Positions 12,801 through 25,581 of a DNA stretch of 64,000 nt are shown piece by piece. The first letter of the stretch is position 1, and every line of letters begins with the position of its first letter. The notes beneath the pieces are model-generated. The model did not search any database. It had not been told where the DNA came from and saw only the letters and a program-made list of their open reading frames with translations. The position numbers and the translations under genes are program-made. The stretch lies in the NCBI RefSeq assembly GCF_052425735.1, contig NC_135761.1, positions 9,052,001 to 9,116,000 on the forward strand, read 5' to 3'. The stretch comes from Oculina patagonica (lineage: Eukaryota).

Positions 12801-15800
12801 GAAATATGCACCATGAACAATTACTTGACTGTGGCCGGTGCGGTGGCCCAATGGTTAGAGCGCTGGACTCCGGATCAAGCGTTCCGCGTTCGAGCCCTGG
12901 TCAGGGCCACTGCGTTGTGTTTTGGAGCAAGACAGGTCTATGAATGGATATTAAATAATAAAGATGGTAAATTTTAAGCTCGGTAATAAATAATGAAGAT
13001 GAAGTATTCAACATACTGCTAGGAGCTTAAAATTTACCATCTTTATTATTTACTACAAACTTGATGAATTCGACATTCTGATCCTAGCAGTATGCAGGAC
13101 GCGTGTCACTTATCAACCTAGTAAAATGGCCCAGCTCACAACGAGTCTCTCATAGCTCAGTTGGTTAGAGCGCCCAACCGGTATCTGGGAGGCAATGAGT
13201 TCGATTCCCGTCGGGGACTCAGAATTTTTCTTTGTCCCATGCTCGTGTCATGTTGAATACTTCACCTTCATTAAATGGATATTGCTGAGGGAGGGGGGTG
13301 GGGGGTATCCTAAGACGGGCTAGCATCCTATCCAGGGGGAAGACCGATGCAAACTTGACCTTTTTTACCAATCCCTTGAAACATTTTAGGTGTTATGATT
13401 CTCATTTTAAATTTTTCATTATCAGGCTGCCAAGCTGCTTGATAATAGCAGATCTCAGACCATTGGAATCATCATGAGTAGTCTGAGCTGTCAGCTGGAG
13501 GATATCAGAAACGCAATCTACAAAATGGACACCTCTGTTCTTGACATGGACGGGTAAGATTACAAACAAAACGTACCACATTCCCACAAAATTTACACCT
13601 TCATTTTCCGGAGCCGATTCTCTATAAAGAACTAAAAGGAACCCTTGTCGTATAAAGTTGAAAAAAATGTTTGTTACCGATAAGGATATTCCGTCTCAAA
13701 TTTTTACAGCAGTGCTGCAAATTAAAGTACCAAGACAAATTGGTTTTGTGTTTTGGCATTTTTCAAGCATATTTTATTCTCTTCATTCACAGATTGAAAG
13801 CGTTGTACGACATTCGCCCAAGAGCAGATGAGATCGAACTGATTACAAAATATCAACAAGAGAACCCAAACGGTAAGACTTGGTAAATTGCATTTCTTTT
13901 TTCTGCTTAAGCCTGCGTACAGCCGGTAAAATGTTTATAGCAGATAATAGTTTTGGAACAGTGAAGCTGCTAAGTGGCAATTCTCTGCCTCATCCCCAGG
14001 TGTCCTCCCGCTTGGTCGTCCTGGTGGGTTGTGGGCGACCCCCTCGCTCACCTAACCATCACCCCCCCCCCCCCCTTTTCCCCCCCCCCCCCCCCGGGCC
14101 GGGTAAGTGATTTACTAGTAGCTAACCTTTGTGTCCATATAGTAAGCTCAATTTTTTTTGTATTCTGTGTTTGGTCTCGTTTCAGTTCTCCTTGACAAGC
14201 CAGAGGAATTCTTACTTCAAATACATAAAATGGATCACTTTGCCGAACGACTGGAATGTTGGTTATACAGGAATAAATTCACAGAAACCTCAACCGCCAT
14301 TGGTAAGGCCAAGTCTGTTTAAGTGTAGTCTATGTTCGGGGGAGAGAAGGGAAAGGGAGGGAGGTTTAATCCTTACCCCTGGGTGTATATGTGTTTGCGG
14401 ATACTTTGGCCTGAGACTTACGCTAATTATTTTTTCACTAAATAATCATCATTTTATATCTCTTTTTCTCATTTTCTGCATTTTAGTTTGTAAACCTTGT
14501 TTTTAATTGAACCCTTGCCCCAACAATGCAAGATCAATTGTCTTTGCTAGTAGCGGGGGCAAGCAAACTTGTAACCATATTTATAAAAAAAAGAAACAAA
14601 TATCGTTCACGTTCATGTCCAAGTTAATGTAGAGTTCTGGTCGCGAAAGAAATTTTTTTTGTAGGATCCTTCAATTCTTCTCCTTTATAAAAATCAACAC
14701 TTCTAGGTAACTTAAATACAACTTGTACTGCCTGTTTTATTAACTGCGAACGCTGTCGAATGCAAAGTGACGAGTTGTATGTAATCAACTAACTTTTTTG
14801 CTTTTCTTTTCTTTAGATAGAAGATTATCTGCAATATGCGAGGCCTGTAGTCTGCTTCGCACAAAGTAAGTACACACGGGGACTAGAGCAGTTTTCACTT
14901 GAGTGTCGAAAGTAAATTGCGTTTGCTTTGGTTTTGCATTACTACGCTCAGTGATTGGCTTAAAAATCTCGCGCCACTTTCTCAGCCAATCAGAACTAAA
15001 ACCAAAACCAATCGTGACTCGCTCGCGCACGTTTTCCCGCGCTTCATGCCAGCTACATGTATTTGCTTCGAGTTTTGATTGGTTCACTGGATTGTCTGTG
15101 TCCTTTGTGATTGGCCGGATTAATAACTTTGGTTTTGGTTTTACGACACTTAATTGAAAACTGCTCTAACAAAGGAAACATAGCCAAGTGTCTTTTAAAA
15201 GACTTTTGATATACCAACGCAGCCAATACTTTTATTTACTGAGAGTTTTATTTATGTTTCAGCGAGGACGTGTCGTTTGTTCTGTCGATAGTCCTAACAC
15301 TGGGGAACTTCATGAATGGAGGAACGAACAGAGGACAGGCAGATGGCTTTCAATTGAGCGTTCTAAATAAAATCAAAGACGTTAAAACACAGGTAGGTAA
15401 AGAGCAGTTTCAGTTCACATACAACTGACGCTTTAACTTTCATAACCAATGTTGGATTTTCCCCTTTAAGTAGGGTTGACGTTGAAAACTGCTTAAAAAC
15501 AGGCGGAAAATAAAAAAAAATTCTCTAGCAGCCATAGGAATGTTTTGCAGTGAACATAAAGATTGGAAGTGGGAAAGTTGTCCTCGGGCGGCGAAAATCG
15601 CCTGTCATCTGCAGAAAAGAAAAACCCTGGACTGTGATCGGAATCAAATGCATAAACGCTCCCCTTCTTATGTAACAAGTAGAAATCAGAATGTCAGATC
15701 ACGTATTTTAATGCATTGTTAAATTTGTTTTAGGACAATGAAACGAACCTTATGAAATACATTGTGCAAGTCTACTGCGACAAAAGACATGGAGGCGAAA

Positions 15801-18800
15801 GAGGAGACTTCAATTTACCAGACCCCTACTCCATCCTCGCTGCTGCTCAGGTAAATTGACTTGTTTGTACGTTAACAGTGAGATCCCTTTCATAAGCTTG
15901 AATGATTCTACTGGTCCTCAAGTGTAGCAGTTGCTATTGATTTTGGGCTAGCGACATTATTACTACTGCTTGTTCTATTGTTCTCTCGAAAGGTAGCGAG
16001 CCATTAAATTGAGACCTTCTCGGAGAGCTGCTTCCCGAACCCAAAGAAACCTCACTTCATTTTGCGTCATAGACCCTGCTACGCCTTTCTGTTATAAATT
16101 AACGCTATTTTCGTTATACCAGGCCCTGGTCAGGCTGCCCAAATCCCAATTCACTTTAAGAAGAAGTGAAATTCTTAGCTAGTACAAAGATATTAACACA
16201 ATTCCCTGTTTTACAGGTTTCCTTTAAGGATATCAAAGCAGGTAAATTTGCTTTTTTAATGTGTTATGTTTGTTTTTATTTTTCCTCCTTCAATGCAAAT
16301 TAAGGTTGTGTTTATCTTTTTGATTAAAAATTTCACGATTAATGATTTTCTCTTTTGATTTCAGAACTCGCAGAAGCTAAGATATCATTAGCAACCTGCA
16401 AAGCAAAGGTAAGTCGTTTATAACTAACTTATTTTTCCTTTTGTTTTTTGGGGTGTGGTCTACTGTGCTTGCCAATCTGAAATGGAGGAACCGTAATGCC
16501 CCCCACCCCACCCCCGGGCCGTAATGATCCGCTTTAGTGAAATGAGGCTTTAGCAACACTTCGGAATCAAATATTTGATGAAGAGATTTTTTTCTGTTTG
16601 CAGTCCGAGATGGTACTTGGAGATGATAATTCACAACAACGGGAGCCGTTTGGAAGTTTTGTGAACGAATATTTGCAAACTGGTAAGAAAATAAACTATT
16701 TTTGTGCGAGAGGCTCGACCTTGGTTCAAACCTGTATTTTTGTTGCTGAAATTCAAAATGTTTCAACAACAAAGACTCTGCAACCCTAGGCAATAAAATA
16801 ACCTAAGTGGTTTCTTACTAATCTGTTCGCCCTTAGATGAAATCACCTTTGAATTTTAATGTATTAACTTACTTTCAGGGGAAAGGGAAGTTGCTCGCTT
16901 GGAGAAAAAGGTTCAAGGAACGGTGGAAGATTTCAAGGAAGTAGTTGATTATTATCAGTACACGGGAGAAGGAGAAGAGGTAATTTTGTTTTTCCTGGAC
17001 CATTACGTGTAAACGCGGGGAAGATTACGTGTAAACGCGCGGACCATTACGTGTGAACGCGCAGACCATTGCGTGTGAACGTGCGACCGTTACAGTTGAA
17101 CGCACAGACCTTAGTGTGAAAGCGCGCGCTTTCACAAACCTCATCTTGTTGTTGTTGTTATAATCGTGTGATTTTTTTCTTATTCAGGTAACCCCGCCAC
17201 TGTTTTTTGGTATCTGGGGAAACTTCTTGGAAGCTTTCAAGAATTTTTGGAAGGTATGCAATCTTAGGTTTAATATGTTTGGTTTCTTAACTTGTAGATA
17301 TTGTTTGAGCCGAGTTTAATTCAAATTAATTATATTTAATTACATGATGCAAATATAAAATCTGACAGCTAAGATAGAATACGTGATTTATAATCCTCTC
17401 TCTTCCTAAGTGCGCATCATCAAAACGATTTTATTTCTTTTTCTTTTGAAACAGATAAAAATTATTTAGTTGTCTAACTGCACTAACACCACTTATCTCT
17501 CCTTATAGTACTTCTCTCCAGCTTTGAGTTCTACGGTCGCGTGCTTGTCGCGTGCTTTTGTCGTGCTTGTCACTTTCTCGCGCTACGTTCGTTGGTCACG
17601 TGACCACTCTCTGCACTCTTTATACAGTCACGTGCTCAGTTTCCAAGCTGTAACACTCATCAACTCATTCAACCACATGTTTAATTCTATTGCTTCATCT
17701 AACATTGGACTAATGTCTCAATTAACATTGGACTAACATTGCTCTTATCCTTAGCCTGATACGGGAGAGACTTTGGATGCTAATGAGAAACTGTTGTTGA
17801 TAACTAAGGTAGCTCAAATAAACACACTAACTGGGAATAACTGACCTAACGTAACTAACTAAATAAATCAAATCTAAGATCATTTGTCGTTTAAATATAT
17901 ACTTTCACAATCTATCTTGACAGTTATTTCCCTACTTAACATCAATTAGATCAATGTTCCTTATAAAAACGTATATAAATACTCACAGAGTTGCATTGGT
18001 TGACCTTTTTTTATAAAAGAAAAATGAAAGTAATAAAATACAGTGTATTTGTCAAGGTCTCTTATGCATGATGTTACAACAATTGATCTTAAGCAAACTG
18101 AGAGAACAATAAGCGACATGTAAAAGATGTCAACAAGTGACTCTTTATAACCATTAATCCCTAAACTAAAAGACGCGGAATATCAAAAACTACTGAAAAT
18201 TTTTCAAAATTTGAAAACGCCTTTAATCCTAAATGTGTGAAATATTGATAAAAACGGATCGGTGAAACTTGCAACTCAGCAGTGTTTCAAATAAAAATTA
18301 ATAAAACGAATGCATCCTTATCGTTTGACATAACAGGGAGTTTGAAATAAAATTTTCATGGTAAATGCGTGTAACAAGCATGAACAAGTCAAAACCACCT
18401 TTTACTTGTAACTATTATAAAAGACTGAATACGAACTCTTTTTTTAATTTTAATCAGCTCCCTGTGGACACGTTTAATCAAACAATTTTGTTGTTATTTA
18501 TTAAGTTCTTTTATTGTTTTTAGGCCGAACAGATTAACTTAGCCAAACGGACATTTTGTAATACAGAGCATCTCAAACAGGTCTGTTGCGCTTCTGTTAC
18601 CTAACATTCGTTATCATGATAGGCGACTTGCTTTTAACTGCGGTCTGATTGGTTAACAAACAGTGCCAACTGAAAGTCCACAGACTTAAGGTAGACCTTT
18701 CAATATAAGAAGCATTACCGTATGCCACTACTGCTTGGTAGTTCTCACTTCATTCACAGATAGTATTAATAAACCACCTTGTACAGCATAAATCAATAAA

Positions 18801-19071
18801 CGGTACCACATAAAAGTACTACTCAATAGCTTTTATTTAATGGTCACACACTAGGGTTTGATCAACAGACTTAAAAGTTGGAACCACCTTGTGCAAAAGT
18901 TATGGCTGTGACCTGTTTTCATGGATCAAGCCGTCGTCATTTAAGGCAGTTTTTACATTCTTATCAATTCTGTTCTCTTTTCCCCAGATACGGGCGACAG
19001 CTACCAAGTTTAAGAAACGCCGAACCAGTAACACAGAAGATCCAAACAGGAGTCGAACAAAGACGTCATAA
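9815..19071 (+). CDS. Formin of the FMN/Cappuccino subfamily: DEP domain, long disordered region, coiled coil, FH1, FH2. 960 aa from these exons; true start is upstream and uncertain.
   Basis: In-frame GT-AG exons: 9815-10078, 10840-12190, 12445-12541, 12666-12759, 13426-13553, 13793-13872, 14186-14302, 14817-14865, 15263-15392, 15734-15850, 16217-16241, 16365-16408, 16604-16682, 16879-16979, 17188-17253, 18524-18580, 18988-19071 (TAA). Poly-Pro FH1. FH2 motifs [52 protein letters not shown] and FFGIW resemble FMN1/FMN2. Tentative 5' exons 9538-9562 and 9620-9645 would add MASIKISPVELKSSILL in frame. Confidence 0.9.
12832..13340 (+). mobile_element. tRNA-derived SINE interrupted by a nested insertion (12953-13273)
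   Basis: A box TGGCCCAATGG and B box GTTCGAGCC. The body resumes after a duplicated AATGGATATT with GGGCTAGCATCCTATCCAGGGGGA. A related copy is at about 47990-48180. Confidence 0.75.
12953..13273 (+). mobile_element. Non-autonomous retroelement with an internal tRNA-like cassette (13143-13221) and an inverted 5' segment; 10-bp target duplication
   Basis: AATGGATATT at 12943-12952 and 13274-13283. A box TAGCTCAGTTGG, B box GTTCGATTCC, T5 run after the cassette. 12953-12981 is the reverse complement of 13023-13051. Confidence 0.75.
14884..15168. mobile_element. MITE with TAGAGCAGTTTTCA termini; further copies at 20910-21858 (split by an insertion) and about 31225-31395 (partial)
   Basis: TAGAGCAGTTTTCAcTTGAGTGTCG ... 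CGACACTTAATTGAAAACTGCTCTA; internal sequence is shared among the copies. Confidence 0.8.
16998..17128 (+). repeat. Degenerate ~23-bp minisatellite (GACCATTACGTGTGAACGCGC) in a formin intron
   Basis: About six tandem units are visible directly. Confidence 0.75.
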
Positions 19072-19570
19072 AAGGTTGTCGACTTAGTCACGTGTCTCAC
19101 ATAACTGAAGTCGTGAAACGTGAAGAAATCATCTATTTGTATTTTTTAGATTAGGCTTAGTTTTGTGAATAAGGAAAAACAAAAATAATTTAAAATTAAA
19201 GTAGCGGTAGTTTTTCTTAGAGAGATCTTTTACCAAGAAGCTAGCATTTGACAGGCAGAAAATTCGTTAATATAAGTAACAAAAAATTAAAGAAGTGAAG
19301 AGATCAATAATTTATGTATAGATAGAGCTCTTTTCTAATGATTTCACTAGATAAACAGTTGTGTACTTTGGTTTCCATTGTTCGCTGATCTCTAAAGCTA
19401 CAGTAGTATAGTTTGAATTCGTGTGACGTGCTCTGACCAATGAGAGCGAAGATGTTCTCTTTTTGGCCAATCAGATACAAAACTCAAACCAAACTTGGTT
19501 TCTCTCATGATTGCATGCCTTCCCGCGCTTGCAACCGGCTTCAAGCCTGGCGCTATGAGCTTTTGATTGC

Positions 19571-19653
19571 CAACCTCGTTCCCAGGGCTTTTCCCTTGGT
19601 AATTTGGAACGGGCGGGAAAATTACCAAGGGAAAAGCCCTGGGAACGAGGTTG
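19571..19653. repeat. Short palindromic MITE-like element
   Basis: CAACCTCGTTCCCAGGGCTTTTCCCTTGGTAATTT ... AAATTACCAAGGGAAAAGCCCTGGGAACGAGGTTG, 35-bp perfect arms. Confidence 0.8.
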
Positions 19654-20964
19654 TATTATCGCTTCGATACGCTGAATTTATCGCTAAATTCAATTGCTGC
19701 CAATTATAACTCTGTAAATATTTTGGTGTTTGGTTTTCTTTTTTCAGCGAAAATAAACTTTCACTCGTGTAAATAGTTAACAATTATCCTGCGAATCGGG
19801 ATTCGCCTGATACTTAGCCGACGAGGCCGTAGGCGGTTGCTAATCAGACGATATTCCGCAAGATTGAGCAGGATAATTGTTTTATTATTCAACAAATTGT
19901 CAACGAAACACATTTCTCACATGGAAAAACTGTAATTGTGCCGCGCTACAAGATTCGGACGAATCTCGCAACCTACGAATATCGCAGGATATCTGTTATG
20001 TACGGATGACAGATATCGCTAACATTTTGACCATATATGGGCAGCGCGCGCATCGTTGAATAATAATCTTAAATATTAGTAGTACAAGTTATTTACATTT
20101 GCGCGTGATGGCAGGTGTGTAGTCACTGTAAATACATGAATAGTTTTACGTTCATTTTCATGCGAAGGATTAGAGGAATTTGACGTTTTAATTATGATTA
20201 TTATTATTATTGATTATGTGTAATTATAGAAATGATATTAGATAGGTAGGATAGCCTATTTGATGATCCCGTTGGTATTTCCCAATAGACATTTCTCCAT
20301 TTTTTTGGCCATCTTGAATCTTTTAGCGAGGGAGACTAGTAACGGACGGAAGTGCGTCTCTTAGGCGGGGGGGGGGGGGGGGGGGGGCTTGGAAACTAGC
20401 GATAGTGATCTCCACTTTTTCTCGTCCCTAGAGACGCTTTTCCCTCTTAGCCGGCTGAATTAAAATTATCTTTGTTAAAAATCCAGCGAATCAAAACATT
20501 TGTTTCCAGAGCCACTTGTTCCTAGTGCCCCAGGCTCCACCGGCTAAGAAGGATAAGCGGGTCTGGGGACGAGAATGACCTCTACTTCGCTACAAATTCA
20601 AGATGGCCGCAGCTTAAGTAGGCAAGAAACATTTCGACTTGTTCGTGGTTTATAGTAGGTGTAGCTCATTTTTACTAGTAATATGTTGAAGAATAATTTA
20701 TTAGGATTAAGACTTTGTTTTTAATTGTTAAGCCTTGAGTACTAGGAGTGATACAAGGCGCTATGGTGACAAGTTTCCTAACTTTCTTAAGATACGCAAA
20801 AATAAATTGTTTTGCATTCAGTTGATATGTTGAATTGCTAGTTGTTTGCATTCGGGGAAACTCGTGCTTGGAAAACTGCGCCCTAATTCACTGATTGGGA
20901 GATAACGCATAGAGCGATTTTCAATTGAGTGTCGTAAAACCAAAACCAAAGTAATCACTGTGAC

Positions 20965-21619
20965 CAGTGGGGGGGGGGGGGGGGAAAGAAAGTCGGCACT
21001 TTTCTTTGGAGACATAGCAGTGCCTGGAAACGGTGCGAGTCTATATCAATCAAGCCGTTGCTAAGAAAGACGTCAAACCAAAGTTTTGTTTTCTTAGAAA
21101 GATTTAAATATCAATGACTGCGTGCGTGTGAAATGCAAATAGTGGCGGTGTTTACGTTTGATGATTTACGCCGCCGAGATGTTTTTGGCATTCTCAGCCA
21201 GATTTCTCACCTAATGTCTCACATCACTGAGCATGTTTTGGCGGCGTGGAATAACAAGCGAAAAAATTTGTCACGGTTGAAATTTAACAACCAAAAAAAT
21301 GGGAAATAATTTCAGAACCACTGGAGTTATTTTTACTTAGTATAACTCACAAGCTCTACTTTTGCCAGACTGGACACCGTTATCACTGTCTGTTGTTTTG
21401 ATATCCGGCAAAAGGAGCAATCAAAATGCAAATAGCTATTGTGTTTTGTGCACGGCCAAGACCAAATTATGCAAACTAAACAATGAACTTTGTCAAGCTA
21501 TTCACTACGCCCTTAGCAACCATTCGATAGCTGCTGCGCATTCTCGGTTGCCCGGCACCGCTATGTCCCCTTTTTGAGTCGCGTAACAAAGGAAGTTTCT
21601 TCCCCCCCCCCCCCCCCTG
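20965..21619. mobile_element. Non-autonomous hAT-type element nested in a MITE
   Basis: 8-bp duplication ACTGTGAC at 20957-20964 and 21620-21627. Termini CAGTG(G)n ... (C)nCTG. The host MITE sequence resumes exactly afterwards. Confidence 0.8.
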
Positions 21620-24600
21620 ACTGTGACCAATCACAGAGGACACAGGCAATCCAGTGAACCAATCAAAACTCGAAATAAATACAGGTAGCCGGCGCAAAGA
21701 GCAGGAAAACGTGTGTGAGCGAGTCGCGATTGGTTTTGGTTTTATACGTTTGATTGGTTGAGAAAGTGGCGCGAGAGTTTAAAGCCAAACACAAAGCATT
21801 GTAATGCAAAACCAAAGCAAATGCGAATTACTTCCGACACTCAAATGAAAATGGCTCTCAACTACTGCGCGAAAACTTAGCATACGCTCTCTCGTTCCCA
21901 GGCGTCACGTTTTTATTAAACTCTTTGATATGTTTCTGTTAACAAAATCATTCACTTAGTGCAGTTTGTCACGCGTGCGTCTACTTGGATTTCCTTTGCA
22001 ACATGGAATTTCTTTTGCAACCCTGCTGAACAACAGGCAATAAATTAAAGTAGAATTTGAAACAAAATGTTTTCCATGATAAATTTAACTGGTGGTTTTC
22101 ACCGAGGTTACAAAAACTGTTTGGTTTCTTGAACAGCACCAGAATTACTAATTAACAATTGGTCGCTCTCAATTTCTATGTAACAATTAGACGGCGAGCT
22201 CGAGGTTTCTATCGGCTGATAGTTGGCAAGGGGCGAAGCCCCGAGCCAGCTAACAAAGGCGATAGAAACCGAGAGCTATCTATTATACTCAGAATATCGC
22301 TAGAATTGATTTATTGAAGGTTTTGATTGATAAAATTAAGCGAAAACCAAGCGCGCGCTCCGAGAGCCGTCTACCGATCAATAGACGGCACCTGTGTAGC
22401 CAATCAGATTGCGCGATTACCAATCGGACGGTCAGTGTGGTTATGCTAAGAAGTATTAGATAGTTGTTGAGGGCGAAGGCCTTGTCAACTATTAACCCAT
22501 AGAAATCGAAAACGAATAGTCTATTAAATTGTTTTAGTAGAATTCTAACTAAAGAGCCAAGTTCCAAATAGTATAAAGCTTCACCCTTTAGCGAAATCGC
22601 GCGCGGACTAAGCCTGAATTATCTTTTGAAACCTACAGCTGTGCACACGGGCTCATCAATTCATTCATCAATTCAATTGCGAGTTTTAAAGTTGCGTAAC
22701 GGTGAATGATTTTCTTTTATTCTTTTATTCCCTTCGGGAATTGAATTATCCAGTAATATTTTAAAATCTTCCTCCAAACTTGGAGGAACGAGAAAACTTC
22801 ACCATTTTGTATTCGTTTTGTGACACTGATTTAGATGACCGGGACGTTAAAGATTTAAAAACGCTCAGTTTTATTTTTGAAACGAAGTACAGAATCGATA
22901 CGTTTTTTATGTCAAGAATATGTGAAAAGAACAGCTTTGCAAGACTAACAGTTTAAATTTAAGAATTTTAATGACGTTACTTATAAAAACCACCCAAATA
23001 TCTATTGTCTTTGTTGGCAAAATAGCTACAATATAATGGCCATACAAAATATATGGTAATTGTATTTTCACCGCAAAACTTCAAATTGCCAGGCGCCACT
23101 TAAACTCCCAAGGATGTTTATAAAAAGTATGCTTTATTTCAATAAGTGTACCTCTGATTTTACATTTCTTCTTTTGACAGAATGACAGAGAGTTAATACC
23201 TTATACGCAAGAGGAAATCCCTGATTTCCGAGAACGTTTAGCATATGCGTACACTCCATGATAGCAAATAGTTGTTATTTTAATTCTTAATTTTTACATG
23301 TAAACCCTTTCAATGTCTCCTCTTAAATCAAGACAGATAATGTTACATAATAGTCGAACGCGATGCGCCTTATTTAAATAGGATTTCGTATTTATTTAAT
23401 TTTGCTCGTGTTATTTTTTGTAGTCGTTGGAAAATAAAGCGCGCGTTGAAGTGAAGTCAAAATATGTAGTTGTAACTTGGTCTTTTACATGGCTGAAACT
23501 ATGTACAGCAAACATTTTTCCAAGGAAAACGCTAATTGCTAGAAATATTATTTTCAAATGCAAAAGCTTATCGATGGCAGCAGGTGTATGCATGCACTTG
23601 TCATCAAAAACCACAACCTTCGATTAAATCGCTGACGATCTTGATAACAAAAAGTTGCTAATGCCACAATTATATTAACGAAACGACTCTGAAAAACAGC
23701 TTTTTATAAAGCAAAGGTAACCAGAAAGTGAGACGATTCGAGACAAAGAGAAATTGATCATATTAATGTTAATATATACATTCACACAGCAAATGTATTC
23801 TTGCTACCTGAGCAAGAGCTCGCATCGTGACTAAATTTCAAAACCTTTGAAAATAAGATTTAAAAGCCGCCGCCGAAGCTAATTTCTTGCTACCTTGGAA
23901 AGTTACGTATGATAGGGCTGGAAATTGCCTTAAAAACTACTTTCCAATTGTTTTGACCGGCGAAACTGCTCGTTTGTTCTTTCGCTCTTTATGCGGATGA
24001 AACATATTTTTTATTCTATTTCGTAAATGTACCCACAACAAAAGAAAGAATTATCGAAAAACGCATCGTTAGCTAGTTTAATCGACGTTGATGGCAAAAG
24101 CAATTTGAAAGATGTATATTGAACTAATGTTTTAGCAAAAAACGCAATCAGCAAATTTCCGCGCCGCACGAATTTCCAAATGTTTTCAAGTACGAAGGAA
24201 ATAGCTAAAACATACATCGTTTCCAGTGGCGCTAGATACACGTAAATTGACGATTATCAGGTAAAAGCCATTTGCAATGTAAACGACATACTGTAGTTTA
24301 ATGTTTCCGAAAGGCTACACCGCACATTACGGAAAACAACCCGACTTTATACGTGCGAGTGCATAATAATATCGCGAATGCAAAGGGTTTCAATTTCAGG
24401 TTAAAAATGAATCCACTTACAGCTTCATGTAGTTGGTTTTTCAGCGACTTCTTTACGGCTTTGAAAGCGTACATATACATTTATATGTTTTTGTTGTCGC
24501 TGTTGTTGTTTCTTTTTTTCAGTAAAACTCGCAACTGCGTCTGGCAAAATGAGCAACTGAAAATGTCGAATCAAGTGTCGCGCGGGAATCGTTTGCGGTC

Positions 24601-24723
24601 GCTCGTTCCACAAACAGCTAATTTTACCACCCCTAACTTTGTCTCTCGCTTATTGGTTGTTTCTATAAATATCGTTTATGACAGCTCATAACGCGAAATA
24701 TTAAAGCGAATAGAAACTATTGC

Positions 24724-25581
24724 TCACTCGTCAATATTTTCCGACAGCACGATTTCTTGATTTGCAGTTTCTTTTCCCGACTCGCTTATGTTTCTTGTAA
24801 AAACGGCTTGATTTGTCTCTGAGTTTTGATTCACTCCACTTTCTTCCATTCCCTTTGCCTTATTACCAGCAGATTCTGACCAGGCGAATGTCACATCTTT
24901 CGCTTCATCGTTTCTAGCCATCAAATCCTCGTCATTTATTTCGCCGACTTCATTTGGTTCTTCAATTGTTTGATTTTGTTGTGTTGCTACCACAGCAACA
25001 GAAGCAGCAGCATTTTCCACGTTAGGCGGCTCGGAATTATTTTCCACCTCACCGAAATTGTCCTTTAATTCGCTTTCTTCCTGAAGTCCGCCTGAGTTTT
25101 GTTTGTAACTGTAAACTTCAACAGTCACAGAATGTGCATTTGGCGATTCGGGCGCTTCTGTTTGCATCACTTCATTGTCGCAAACTTTCCCGCTCGTGCC
25201 ACTGTGAACTTCGTCTACAACATCCCTCTGATCCTCGTCTCGAACGACTTCCATTCTAAACCGAACATTTTCTTGCTCGCTTGCAAGACTTGATGATCCA
25301 GCCGATTGAAAATCGTCTGCTGTATTTAGCCGTTCTCGCCGTGCGCTGCGAAGCTGGGGGTGAAATAACAGAGGATTTTGAAGCTGGTCTTGCGCGCCGC
25401 GAAATCTTTCAACCGCGGTCTCAGGATTTCGTTCGTCGACGTGATATACCCGCAACTCTCCAACGTCTTGTAAAAGACACAAGGTTGATTCGGAAACCAT
25501 GTAGATTCTCGGTTGCAAACATATCGTTTCTTGTGTTGGCGACTGATTTATAATAACCGCATGAGAAGGGCTACAACCCAT
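24724..25581 (-). CDS. Single-exon 285-aa acidic, low-complexity protein with predicted N-myristoylation/palmitoylation (MGCSPS); function unknown
   Basis: 858-bp open frame in AT-rich DNA, good start context (GCAGAAATGG), Gly2-Cys3-Ser6 motif, Glu/Asn/Ser-rich composition. No domain recognised. Confidence 0.7.
   Translation of the reverse strand: MGCSPSHAVIINQSPTQETICLQPRIYMVSESTLCLLQDVGELRVYHVDERNPETAVERFRGAQDQLQNPLLFHPQLRSARRERLNTADDFQSAGSSSLASEQENVRFRMEVVRDEDQRDVVDEVHSGTSGKVCDNEVMQTEAPESPNAHSVTVEVYSYKQNSGGLQEESELKDNFGEVENNSEPPNVENAAASVAVVATQQNQTIEEPNEVGEINDEDLMARNDEAKDVTFAWSESAGNKAKGMEESGVNQNSETNQAVFTRNISESGKETANQEIVLSENIDE

Noticed and set aside
13143-13221. Possible tRNA-Thr(GGT) gene
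   Set aside because: It is embedded in a TSD-flanked repeat, has stem mismatches, and GGT is an anticodon eukaryotes rarely use. Treated as part of the mobile element.
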